DNA of 64,000 nucleotides from Ptychomitrium polyphyllum (lineage: Eukaryota). The notes beneath the pieces were generated by a model that saw nothing but the letters and a program-made list of their open reading frames with translations, was not told the DNA's origin and ran no database searches. Location: NCBI GenBank assembly GCA_973851085.1, contig OZ316775.1, positions 14,446,001-14,510,000 of the forward strand, read 5' to 3'. This document shows positions 1-12,180 of the stretch, one piece after another; the first letter of the stretch is position 1, and every line of letters starts with the position of its first letter. The position numbers and the translations under genes were made by a program.

Positions 1-1197
1 GCTCCTTACAAAAGGATGAGGTATCACACTGCTAAAGAATGTTATGGCACACCTCTACAATAACCTGAAATTATCAGTTTTAGTCGATGCGTTTGTTATA
101 ATACTGTCAATTGTGTTTGGTGCTAAACATTCTTCACCTCTAAAGCTGATCAGTATAACCTGCAGTGCTTTATACCGTTTCTAGGCTCCACACAAACGAA
201 GGACAATAAAGGGTGCTGCTGCATTTCTTGCGAGGCAGTGTAAACTTGGGTGTTTTGTATAAGAATTCCAGTATAAATGAGAAGTCATGAAAATTCATAT
301 TCCAGAAAAGACAGACAGCCTATTTACCAGGTTAAAAGCATGCAAAACTCAGACAATTGAAATTTGAGAGAAAGAACTCTTCATCTCAGCGTCAATAGCA
401 TTGTGCTAACTAGCTCTGCAAAGAAAATGTTCACACTTGTTAATCACCACGCACAAACTCAAGACCATATTGATGCAGGAAACACATCTTATTTATAAAA
501 GAACTTTATATTTATATAATATTTTTATGATATAAAAATGTAACCACTATATTTACATGATATTTTTGATGACATATTTTGAAAATATATAATTTAGTCG
601 GAAAATGAGCAGGTTTGAATGTTTATCTTCAAAATTATGTGACCACTTTCTCTATGCCAACATTCTGCAACTTTAGCTGCAGCACCCTGCATGTCACATT
701 CCTGTTAGAAGCCATAAATCGCGTTGATATGAACTGCAAGATTACATGTCAAATCATGTATCTTCCATCCAATTTAATTAACCATACAGTTCGGCAATAG
801 GGCTCTCCGGGATCTACGAACGCGAATGACTGGAAGCTCGAACAGCTATGGCAAAAGGAGATAAATATGGGTACAAAACAAATGTACTTTAAGTCAATTT
901 AGATAACATACACACATGTGATAGCTAGATACACAAGACGAGCCGCAAGATGTGGAAAAATTAAGTACCTGCACCTCAAAGGTAAACACATCGTTGAAGA
1001 ACACATATGCTCCATTAAGAATATGGAAAAGGACCTGCAAAAAGAACTTCCACCTCTACGCTGGACTTGAAAGGCTGTGCCGGCGCTGTTGTGCCTGCTC
1101 CGTCGCAGGTATTTTGAATCAGACTGTAACTCTTCGAGTAAAAGCCCTTGCTGCAATTCTGGAGGACCGCCTTGAAAACTCCAACTTATCAGACTGA
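1..1197 (+). CDS. Possible 3' exons of an unidentified multi-exon gene entering from the left edge
   Basis: Short AG/GT-bounded stretches read as plausible peptide (185-234 APHKRRTIKGAAAFLAR; ~678-757 CSTLHVTFLLEAINRVDMNCKITCQI; terminal ORF to TGA at 1195-1197). No family recognised and phases not resolved. Confidence 0.25.
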
Positions 1198-1502
1198 TTT
1201 TTGTTTAAAATGGGCTTCTACGTGCTTACAGGAATTTTGAAAATCCAAAAGTAGTCTTCTGCCCGGTTTCAATCAACAAGAGGGTGGAGATAGCCAGTAA
1301 AGATATGAATAATTGTAGTCATATGATACATAATTAGACAAACTTGGTTATCATGTAGGAAGCTGGCAGCCAATGAGGCTACAAAGACAAAATGGAGACA
1401 CTGGTTGACAAAGGCTGACACTGGTGCAAAGCGAAGAAAAAGCCACAGTGGCTTCTTGACAACGAAGGCTGACCATTAGAAACTTCAAGAATAAGTTGTT
1501 GG

Positions 1503-2801
1503 TCATTCAGTTGCCGCAGCAGCTGCTTTTGCATGATCCTCCGCTAATCTTTTAATGGTCTTCTTTCTATCATTAGGAGAGAGAACACGGAGGTCAATCG
1601 GAGGTCCAAGGAGCCGAGGAGAGTTTGGGAAGTTGAAACTCCAACATCTCTTCGCACTGCAGTGGTATTTCCCCGCATCAAATGCGAGCGCAGCTTCCTT
1701 TTCGGTGTCATACGAACCAAGCCACACTTTCTCGTTTGTCTGACCAACCCTAACCTCAGAAACCCATTTCTCGTTCCGTTTCCGGACGCCCTTGTACTTT
1801 TGGCTGCGATTCTCCCCGAATGATCTGCCTCTCTTTCTTAGACTAACCTGCCCCTGCGACATACATTGCAGACTGTGAATCAGACAGCAGTGGACTGGGT
1901 AGCATGACGCCAGACATCCAAGAGCGACAGGCATGAATATTCAATATGAATTTCGTACCGGCTGACTTCTCTGCAACTTTCTTGTCCGCAACAGCTTTGA
2001 GAGTTTTCTACAAGCGCAGACAATGCGCACCATGACCCGCCACCCTGGCCCCGTCGAGGCCTGTTGAGATTTTGTGATCGCTTCCTCGGCACCAATGTCA
2101 AAAAACTGTTTGAGCCACTGCAAGCCATCTTCAGGTCGTGACGGAATGGCGGAAGAATAACCCGAATCCTTCATATCCACATTTCTCATCGTAGGAACCG
2201 GGGCAGAAATGCTTCGATTTCCTAAATGCGGAGACATCCTCCAAAACTCTGAAATGGAGTCAGCATGCTCATCAGTATTCTCCGTGTTAAGATACTCACT
2301 GACGGTCAAGGGGGTCGGATCGAAAGAACCCGTATGATCTGTCCAAGGAGTCGACAGTTGTTGAGCATGATCCAAACCTTGAGGACCGATCGGAATCACA
2401 TCATCGTAACCATTGCCTACCATGGGCGGAAATTCTTCGTCACCTTCTTTTCCGCACATTCCCTGAAAGTCATGTTGAATTTCTGAGGACTCTAAGCCCT
2501 GATGACCTAGTAAGCTCGGAATCTGCCCTTGTTGGATGAGCTCTGAAACTTCCTCTAGAGACAGGGAATCAAAGCACTGCGAGTTGTACTGTGAGGGACC
2601 ACTGCCTTCAGTTCCATGGTTGCTGTCTGCCCACTCTTGAAAGTCGGCCTCCGACTCAGGTGTCAGATGCGCGGGACCCCATATCTGCTCGAAAAACTCT
2701 TTCCATTCAAGCTTCTTCAACCTTAACTTGTTTTTGAAGCGTGCTATGACGCTTGCTTGCCGCATTAGCAGCCCCCATCGACATGATTTCTTCTCGTCCA
2801 T
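1503..2801 (-). CDS. AP2/ERF-family transcription factor with a single AP2 domain at the C-terminus; 2 coding exons (2801-1959, 1853-1503), about 397 aa
   Basis: AP2 motifs YKGVRKR..WVSEVR...VWLGSYDT..EAALAFD...FNFP in ORF 1503-1934. A phase-0 GT-AG intron 1958-1854 joins it in frame to ORF 1941-2813. ATG at 2801 follows a CAG acceptor (5'UTR intron). Confidence 0.85.
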
Positions 2802-4299
2802 TTCTGGTTTCAATCAATCAGACAAACATCAGCTAATGAACAACTGGATAGATACGTAGAAAGATCCCCACCGACACATGTTAATTTGTTCCTACCCAAA
2901 GACAATCTCTTTTCAAAGAGATAACAAGCACACAGCACAATAATTCTAAAATTAAAGTCAAGCGCGTTTCTATTATTGACAGAACTCTATCAACATAAAG
3001 GTTGGTCCTATACAAGCTTCGTCTCAAGGTTAGACATAAACCAAATATTGAAGAGAAGCAGATAAACAAAGAGTCGGAAATTGTGTGCATGCAATACAAA
3101 CAAGGCCTAACCTCTTCTAACGAACCGAGAATGACAGCCTGCTGCAGGAGATGGAAAGAACGGAAGGAAAAACAAACAAACCTGAAACTCTCAATGCTGA
3201 GGAATGTCCAATTGCCTTTGACTACAAGATCCGCCACGAATTCGCCACTCCCTTGAATTCTCTGAAGTATGTTTACCGACAATTTCTCACGTGCTATGAT
3301 CTCGTGGAAGACTTCCTATTACAATAGACGACCAAAACTATGCAAAAAACTCAAGCACTAAAAGCCATCAAACTCCTGTTGCATCATGGCCACCAGTCTC
3401 ATCAACAACTACGCCCTGGCGATAACGACCACTTCTCTCTCGCACTGTATTACCAGCAGAAACCGAGACGCACAGCTGCAACACGTCACACCGTCAAGTA
3501 CACCATTCCCATGATGGAAAGCCCCACCAGTCCACCAATTCCCTCGCCCAACACCACCTCCAGGTCACCACCAACCAAACCAAAGCTGAACGCTAAACCA
3601 GGATCATCAAACCAAAACCAAAACCAGAACCAAAACCAAATCCTACACTCCGAATCACAGCAAGAACTAAATCAGAACTAAACTTCTAAAAAACGAGACC
3701 CAACCCTGGGTGTTCAACACTCTAAACTAAACCGACAGTTTTGGCTCAGGAAAGAAAAAACCGACAAACGACGAGAACAGGAGCTACACTTGATGAAATG
3801 AAGAAGTGTGAAGTGGGATGTGGTGAGAGGGAGGTGAGGAAGCAGAAGAGGCAGGCAGACCGATGCTAGGAGCGTCCTGTATCATGGCGATGGAGGCTGG
3901 AGCGGAGCCTGAGTAAGCAGCGGAACGGCAGCAAAGTGGGAGAGGAGGTCCTGAGCGTGACGAATTTAATTGTCACGAGCAACGAAGTGAACAGAGGACG
4001 ACGAAATCCGGACGAGAACCGCATGCCGACGCCGATTCGCTTCCTGTGACCGTCTCTGTTCATCTTTTGCACTTTCTCTTGCCGACAGTGACTCCTCCTT
4101 CATTCTTGAGGTATGTGACCCAAAGCCAAGGCTGTCCTTTTACCGAGCCAGTGAACCTATAACCAAAGGTCCCACCATACTTACGGATTTAGTTACGGAG
4201 TTGAAGAGCCAGAACCTTAGCCTCCCTCCGCATACTGTCCCAGGTAGTACGCAACTAGTGCAAAATAATTTGGAGCAGATGTTCCATGTGTATTGTGAT

Positions 4300-5345
4300 T
4301 GTAAATTCATAATAAAGGACAGCTGTACAATGGAATCATGTAGTATGAGTTCAACTTCTATAATATATAATAAACTTTTGGATTTGAAGATGTTTGTGTG
4401 CATATATCAAATAATTGGAGCTAACTCATCTTTTGCTTTGAACAGGGCGCTTGTCTTCAATCTAATCTTCATTAGAGCAAATTGTTGTTTAAATAATCCA
4501 CAAGCATTTCAAGATAATCTACATTATTCTAAATCCTAATTCTTGCTCCTTGCATTAGTATACTTTTTTTCTCTTTATAGCTATTCTATATGTAGTTTTC
4601 TCCCTTATTGAAGCTTCTCTTGTCTTTTTCACAACTTTCTACTTGCTTTATGACCAAGTTTAGAGTTGCAATCTAATAACATGGTCTTTTCAAAGCCAAT
4701 TATGTAACCACCAAGTTGTCACATATTAGTATAAATGATTGTAATAAGTTGATTTTTAAAGTTTTTTGTAACAAATATGTAATTTGTAGGTGTTGTAAAG
4801 CTTTTCATGCTTAGAACTATGTTCAACTTCTTCATATGTAAGATTTATGACATCTACATGTATAAAGGATGCAATGAGTTTATGCAAAGATTCAATTTTA
4901 GTAAATTTGTAGCTTCGAAGCTAGATCTCTTGTCTTTTGTGAATGAATTGTTTTTATGCTTATAGTTAATAAAGGACTTATGAATTATGAATTTTTTTAA
5001 ATGTTGAAGGATTACAAATTAAACTTGTTAGACTAGAAGCATTTGAAGGTCTTCATGTTTTTAAAAACAATTGAACCCAATAGACCTCTTAAAGAGATTA
5101 AACATTAAAAGAAATTTATAATCATTTAAGAAATTTTCAAGTGGTGGTCATCTAAGGATATTTAGGCTACTACTAATTTATTAGATTTTATGTAAAGCAT
5201 ATAACTCCAATACTTTAAGTTGGAACATCTAAAGAAACGATATGGATGGATATGGCTCCTACAAGTTTAGTTACATTGTTTAAAGAATAGTAAAAATCTT
5301 GTACGTAATTTAAATTGTTAATCTAGATTACTTGGAAAATAATAT
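4300..5345. mobile_element. AT-rich decayed transposon-like interval
   Basis: Abrupt switch to very AT-rich, CpG-depleted, stop-rich sequence between genes. No intact ORF; family not assignable. Confidence 0.35.
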
Positions 5346-5429
5346 AAAGTAATATATATTATCTGTCTAAATTATTTGCAGAATCTATCTAAATTATTTG
5401 CAAAATCTACAGCTTTCTGATATCCATGG

Positions 5430-5736
5430 GCAAGCCTCCTGTAATTATCTGCTTGAGTTGCCATCTCAGCCAGACTGTGTTTTCGATCAGGTCATTCGAT
5501 ATAAGTTTGATCCCAAGTACTAACACATCCTTTTTAGTACAAAAAGAGTGTTGGCGTCGAATCAGTTGTTATGAACTAACAGGACCACTCGTCCACTGAT
5601 CGTCCAAAATCGTATAAAGACGAAGTTCATTGCGAAGTTTGAGCTGGCCATGATCAAGATGAGCCAAAACTCACATCACCGGAAACCAAGGGAAGGTTGC
5701 CTACGGTGCAGAATCATTAACAGGAAGACGTACTGA
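5430..5736 (+). pseudogene. Class III (secretory) peroxidase C-terminal fragment, disabled
   Basis: Frame from 5485 reads DQVIRYKFDPKY*HILFSTKRVLASNQLL*TNRTTRPLIVQNRIKTKFIAKFELAMIKMSQ...LRCRIIN. This matches the peroxidase C-terminal pattern D..TP..FD..YY..L...RGLL.SDQ.L...TRPLV....F...F..AMIKM....TG..GE.R..C..N. Stops at 5521 and 5572; TGNQGKV lies in another frame. Confidence 0.75.
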
Positions 5737-6389
5737 TAGTTAGCTAACTGTAGGAGAATCTTAGATTTGTTCATTGCTGATTTAGTTGCCATCAAACCTC
5801 TTCGTAGTGCATAGACTCGCCTCTGACTTCTATTCAACGATACTGGACCTTCACACAGTAAATTGTCAGACTCAAATGTCTAAACCAACGCTAGCATCAA
5901 ATATTTCAGTCTCAACTTTTGAGCACAGACGATCCCTTGATAATATTTGCAAAGATGCTGCCGACTCATGACGGAGCATTTGGTCGGGAAAATTGGTTGT
6001 TACTTAGGCCTGGCTTATAGTTGGTTTGAAGTCATTTTAACTGGCGAGTAGTCACCATGCGTAGTAAAGTCATGATGGTATCACTGTTCCTTAGTATCTG
6101 CACACATAAAATTGTGAAAGAGGCACGGTTAAGTAGTCACATTTGGTACAATGAACTGATACATCTGAATAATTCATGGTTCATTGTTCTACGCAGTTTG
6201 ATATGGATCCTTAAGCCTGTACGTCAAATCCCTTGTCACACTAATTTCGAGTCCTGAGAATTAATTTGCTCACTTTTTTAAAACGAGTCATTCCTGAATA
6301 AATTGGAGTTCAATGGAGGAAAGTTTGAGGGTCTGCTCAATGACATAGGGCATAGGTACTGTATGGGATACATGAGGTCAGCGGAACGA

Positions 6390-9300
6390 GGAGCTCAAAG
6401 TTGTATCTGGAAGCTTGAAAAGTTAAACCTGGCACACCTAAACCCTCCAAAATAGTCCTAGATCAGGAATGTTGAGTAGAATGTTTGGTAGTTGCCTGAG
6501 CTTTTGCAGAGGTTATCTTATGGTGATATTGGTGAGCCTCCTCCTCCAGTTCAAGAATGCGGCCAATCTCAGCTTGCAACATCTCGTCCGTAATTCTGTC
6601 CCATTAACATAATTCCAATTCCAAAACCTAAACGATACTTTTCACGTATGAGTAGCTGAGTATCAAAAGGAGAATACCGAAAGGCTATCGCTGTTTGTGC
6701 ACATGTGCCTTACTTTCAGAAGGTTGCAGTAGACTCAACATTTCATTTTTAAGCTGTAACCCAATTTCCACCATACACCAGAAGTCCAGGGGCTGGCCGT
6801 GTGTACTAGAGAAATGTACAGTTTTACGATCATACCTCTTCTCTTCATCCAAACGAGCGCTATAAATGTCGCGCTCTTTGATCCAAAATTGGAGCTCTTT
6901 GTTCATGACTTCCTCATCCTCCTGCCCACCTGTCATGAATCCCTTTCTTCATCTTGCACCAGCCCTAGTTTTTTTCTGAAAACTTGAAAGTGATGATGAG
7001 ATGTTCCATCTCAGTTATACCATGTTCTTCATTAGCATCTGATGCCATATCTATTCTATCCAGTATAAAACTTAAAACTAGCGCGCTAGAATACAGTAGC
7101 ACGAGAATGGGAAGAAAAGATAAACCTGGAGGTAGTCTATTGACTTCCCCAGAGGATTGGTGGCTTGACACAAAGACTGCACCATCATTCGTAGTTTCTG
7201 AACCTGGATTGATAACGCAACTCAACACTCAACTTGACAGAGAATCATGCATTCGTTATGACTCTAAAGAAAATCATTAATAAACCAAAATGGTAATAAG
7301 AATTTAATGCACACTGAAGTAACATGAAGGCATAATGACGCTACCTCTTCCTGCCTGGTTTGTGCATCCTCCTTGGTTGTCTCGATGGCACCTAATATCA
7401 TGTCGTGTTCCTCAACCGACTCATCGTCCGCCCTTTCAACCTAGTCAACAGCAGATCAACATTTAGCACAAGTTTAACTACAGCGTCAAACAAGGGAGGA
7501 TACAAATGAATACATATTTCAAAACATACTGCATTCTCCATGTTTTGACTAGATATTGCATTATAAGATTGCTTTTATCTAGGACCGATTCGGTTGGGTT
7601 TTTCATTTGTTAACAAAACTTGTAAAGCTAAGACATTCTGCTCATTCTCCTGTTTTGGAGGAGGAACATCATTCAGTTCTGTCCTACTCTTCACAAGATA
7701 TCATTGGAGATATTACTGGAATGTGGTAGAACCTTTGGTAAATGCTGCTGAGCAGGGATCAAGACAGGAAGGGCATCGAATTCATCATCTTCTTGTACGT
7801 CATTGTCAAGAAAAATGCTTGGCCGTCTTTTGCTGGATATCCCCTTCCCACTCCCAACCCCGCTCATCCTGCAGTTGACATTTACAAGGACAAAATGTGT
7901 AAAGCGGCTCCCCGAAAAATAGAACGGAGTTGCATGTGCCCTTCTATTCAAAACTACAGAACAAAATCTGATTTCAGAATTGAGAAGTGAATAATCCCTT
8001 CCAACCCTAAGACGACCGTTCTACCGTCAAGAACTCACCGTGAAGTGACTGGAGCAGAATTCTTGATTGTAGCCTGTCACGAAACACACTTCAGATGTCA
8101 AACTTTTAATCATAAAACTGCAGGAGTTTTTGTTGCTTTTTGCCCTTAGAAGCATGTATTACAAGAGGCAAAGAACTCTACACGTACTAACCATTTATTT
8201 CATGGTTGTATTGCACACCTTCTCAGCAGTCACGACGCTGTTGTGAATCTTAGGTGGCCCCTTGCGTGCAGATTGAGGCCTCGCTCCAAAAGGTGGAAAT
8301 CCACCTAGTGTATCTAAGCGAGCAGTCCATGCATTGAAGGTTGCCCTCCCATCTCCCCCTGCAGGTTTGTTCAATCATTAACGCTTTTAGAACACGCATG
8401 TTTGGGGCACAATTTCGATTGTTGAGAATGACCGCTAAAGACTTGCACCCCTTAAACTGGATATTACACTACATGTGCGGCATTCCATTTAGTTGCTTTG
8501 TAGTCATGCACCAGATTGAGAAGTCGCACCAGTGATTGGTGATACTCTTGCGTCTTCAAAGGTAAAGCCAATATGAAAATACCTACGGTCATAGGTCGAG
8601 CAGCTGCTGGCAAAGTTTCAATTCGGGCTGTTGAAGGGGGCATGTCCAACATGTGCTTATGAGATGGGCCGCAGTTTTTCAGATTTGCATCTAGGTTCAA
8701 ACTCAAGGCAAATTAGAATACGTTATACCTAGAAATGTCAACATGTAGGCTTCGCAACAGATACAAGCTTCCGTCATTTCAAGGATGTTTACATTTGTAG
8801 AGATGGTGAACACAAAGAAAACATTGGACTTCTTGGATACAGTAAGTGCCTTACCGCAGGGGGCTTCCACAAGTGGTGGCCAAGCTTCATCTGTCGAAGT
8901 CAATGTCATCAACGGCTCAATGCTTCCCTCTTTTACGAGCTTCTCTTCAGGCCTTCCACTCGTACCCACAGGTGTCACTACCCCCCTTAAGTTTCCTCTG
9001 CTCAGGTTGTCCGTTGAGGGTAGCGACTGTTGAGTGGATGGTACAAATGCCGAAGCTTCCACATGATGAAACTTTTGAAGATTGTTTCTATCCATCTCCT
9101 CCCTCCCCCTCGTCTTGCAGCATATCACAATGACAGGACATTCAATATCTTTTACTCATTGAGGAAATGCCAATGAAATTATGATTGGACACACAAGAAG
9201 GTCCTACAGTCTGCAAGACTGCAAGTACATTCACTTCCATACCTTTAAGTCAAAATATTCGTTAGCTGGAGCTGGATGTTGAGAGGTGATCCCCAACAGA

Positions 9301-10887
9301 CTGGCCGCCATGGCTTCCTCTGCATTGCGATGTGTTGCTGCACCGCGTTCCTCCATACCAGGCAGCACACATCCTGTTTTGGTCTCCATACACGGGAAAT
9401 GAGAATCTAATTCTTTTTTTGGATGCTTGTTGCATTGAGGTGTGTCCCTTCAACCTTTGATGAGGGCCACCATCATGTCCCCGACATTGTGATATTAGCC
9501 CATTGTTTTTTCAAGCCATTACCATGAATGTTGTAGATGTAAATCACATAAATAGCTTTGAGAAAATCTGCGAATGGTATGATGGCAAGACCTGACAAAA
9601 GAAAATACCGGTGAGCCCATTCCATCGTCCCTTGCTCTGGAGAAGGCATCTTCTCCCCAAACAACACCCTACTCACGGCTCGTTGTCGGACTGGGCTATC
9701 TACTGTTGTAGCTGTTGCAAGCATCTGCAGGATTCTCTTGTTACGTCGCTACGCAAATGAATTGAAGGTGAATTACTGTATCATTGATGATAGCAAATAA
9801 CACTTTGCGTGAATGCTTCTGGTCCTGCAGCAGTAATAGTGGAGAATGCCAAATGGCTTGCCTGAAGGAAAACGTTTGTTTGCTCCGGCTCCATTCCTGA
9901 AACTACCTGGGAAATACATAACCGGATTAATGAACAGATAGAAGCTCCCAGTGTATATTGAATGCCAGAATATCAATCTACTTGAGAATAGAACACACTT
10001 TGACTGGCCGAACAGGGACATGAGCATTGAGGGTGATGCCGACGCAGTTGACGATCTTCCATAAATAAGCAACTTTGCTGTCTTTATCCTGTGACACCAG
10101 ATGAAAATTCTCCTCACAAACAATTGATAAGCGTAACAATTGAGACAACATTAACTACCCTAAAGGATTTCAACTGTGCAGGTTAAGATGCTCTAGGACG
10201 GTTGTGGTTCACTGTGCAGTTACACAAAATATTTGTCTATCCTACTCTGTTTTGATTATCCTTAACAGCCACCATTCCAAATATGTCTCTAGTTAAATTA
10301 GGGAGACCGAAATCTTTTAAGCAACCCTCTAGCTGTTGCTCAGAATGAAAAATGATGAAATACAGAGTACAAAAATATTGCCGATTGCCTCATTTTGATA
10401 CCTTCATGTTCGATGAGATCTGTTCCTCTTGATTGAATAGTCCTCCTGCAAATCCAGTTTGGCGGCACACCTGCGTCCATACATATGATCGTTACCTTCA
10501 CAAGCTGCTCAAGTTAAGCAGTGTAATCACGCAGCTCTCAAAAAATTTCATCCTTAGACTTCCTTCCTAGAGTAACCTAACATCTCTTTTGTCTGGTTCC
10601 CAGTTTTCAAACAACTTAGTGATACAAATTTGCTCGTTGACAGGGCCTTGTTGCAGTAAAGTAGAGTTTTAATTCAAACAACCTGTTCGTCAGGTATTGA
10701 TTAGTTTTGAACTGGAGCAAGAGAATATCACCTCGGTGATTATGTCATGGAGGAAGCGGAAGGGAGGCTTCTTGAGAAGCGCTTCCGTAAGGCGTGGCCT
10801 TCGTACCAGCGGGCTGTCTCCTTGCAATACCTTCTGTGTGGCTTCCCAATACTGTAATGTAGGCTGCCCTTGATACATTTTAGCCAT
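6390..10887 (-). CDS. IFT54: Intraflagellar transport protein 54 (TRAF3IP1/MIP-T3), multi-exon
   Basis: In-phase exons 10887-10732 ([16 protein letters not shown]), 10470-10402 ([16 protein letters not shown]), 10088-9999 ([17 protein letters not shown]), 9906-9862 ([15 protein letters not shown]) form the CH domain. Central [11 protein letters not shown] motif ~8250-8285; C-terminal coiled coil [17 protein letters not shown]. The exact 3' end is uncertain. Confidence 0.9.
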
Positions 10888-11065
10888 GCAGACCTCCCTT
10901 CAAACTCTTCAACAACTGCACAAATACAGCGTAGTCAAAGATTCAAAATCACCACATCAACCATCAACACGATCTAACGCTCCGCATAGTGCTCAAACCT
11001 GTACGATGTCCGCACTGCGCTTACTATCACAAGATCCCCCGGTAATTTTTCAAAACATCATGTCG

Positions 11066-12180
11066 CAAATTCTTCAACTGCTCACGCGATGCTGCAGACA
11101 CCAGCGCATAGAAATCACAAAGTCGAAATGACATCTTCAATTTGCGTGCAATTGAGCGCTACTCTTCTCTTTTCGTCTCTTCTCTCCCTCCTTCGCAACG
11201 ACAGGAGCGCGTAGGTCCGACAATGACAAAGGCCGTTGTATCAGGAACACGACCCCCTGGTGAAAATGAACCACAACCACTACTCAGGCGCGCACTATAA
11301 GCCACGCTATCAATAGATTTTGCATCACCAGTAACCTACCGTTGTGGTTGACCACGCAACTTATTTCTAAACATCTCAGATACATACATAGCATCTACCC
11401 ATTCGTCCACTCGACTGTATCCATTAAAATACTAACCTAATATGTCGCCCCTGCCATATTGTGGAACACAAAATGGGGAGATCATCACTCTCCTTCACGT
11501 AGATTCAGTTGCAAAGAAATATTTTCTGTAGAATATGCACAACCGAAACTGAGGATGATGAGCAAGAGGATTTTACAATTGCTCATGCGATGCCGCAGAC
11601 ACCAGCGCATAGAAATCACTAAGTCACAAAAGGATCCTCGACTAGGCTTACAACTTGCTGGTACTATGTCCAGTGGAGGACAATACTCGCACGAGTATAA
11701 CCTGGTTATCACACCAGTGTCACCTAAGTATCACCTAATTGTCAGCTGAAAAAGTGGATACCCGAAACACTTCGAGACTCTTGTCCTATGAGTGGTGTCT
11801 TTCTTCGGTGTCGAACAACGGAACTGATGTGCAAACGAGGGCGGAGAGAGATTCTGCCGTATCTAGGAAAAATTATTGCACCTAAAGTGTCGCCTATGCC
11901 ACCATGTTGTGGAACACGGAATGTGGAGATCATCACTCTCTTTGACGTTACTAAAACTCAATCGCCAAGAAAGCTTTCCTGTGTAGATTGAGTGAGTTAC
12001 ACAATTGAAGCGAAGAGCAGCTTACAACGCGAATCGCATGTTCATTAGTTTCCGTGTACCGGACTGTGTATCACATCAGTATCACACAGGTATCGGCCGA
12101 AAAAGTGGACACAACAAAAATTCCTTGACTTGTGCTGTGAAGAACTTGTCGACTTTGGAACTGATGTACACGAAAGGAAG
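11066..12180 (+). repeat. Patchwork of local direct duplications in the IFT54/VDAC divergent intergenic region
   Basis: 11066-11130 resembles 11566-11630 (ctcacgcgatgctgcagacaccagcgcatagaaatcac). 11435-11535 resembles 11880-11990 (ttgtggaacac..aatg.ggagatcatcactct). 11712-11840 resembles 12060-12180 (gaaaaagtgga...ggaactgatgt). Confidence 0.85.
11692..11746 (+). repeat. Degenerate 11-bp tandem array (consensus about yragtatcacc)
   Basis: cgagtataacc tggttatcaca ccagtgtcacc taagtatcacc taattgtcagc; further units at ~12065-12097 and 12454. Confidence 0.7.

Noticed and set aside
3340..3681. 113-aa ORF with NQNQNQ
   Set aside because: Antisense to the AP2 gene leader/intron; the repeat is an (aaacca)n microsatellite.
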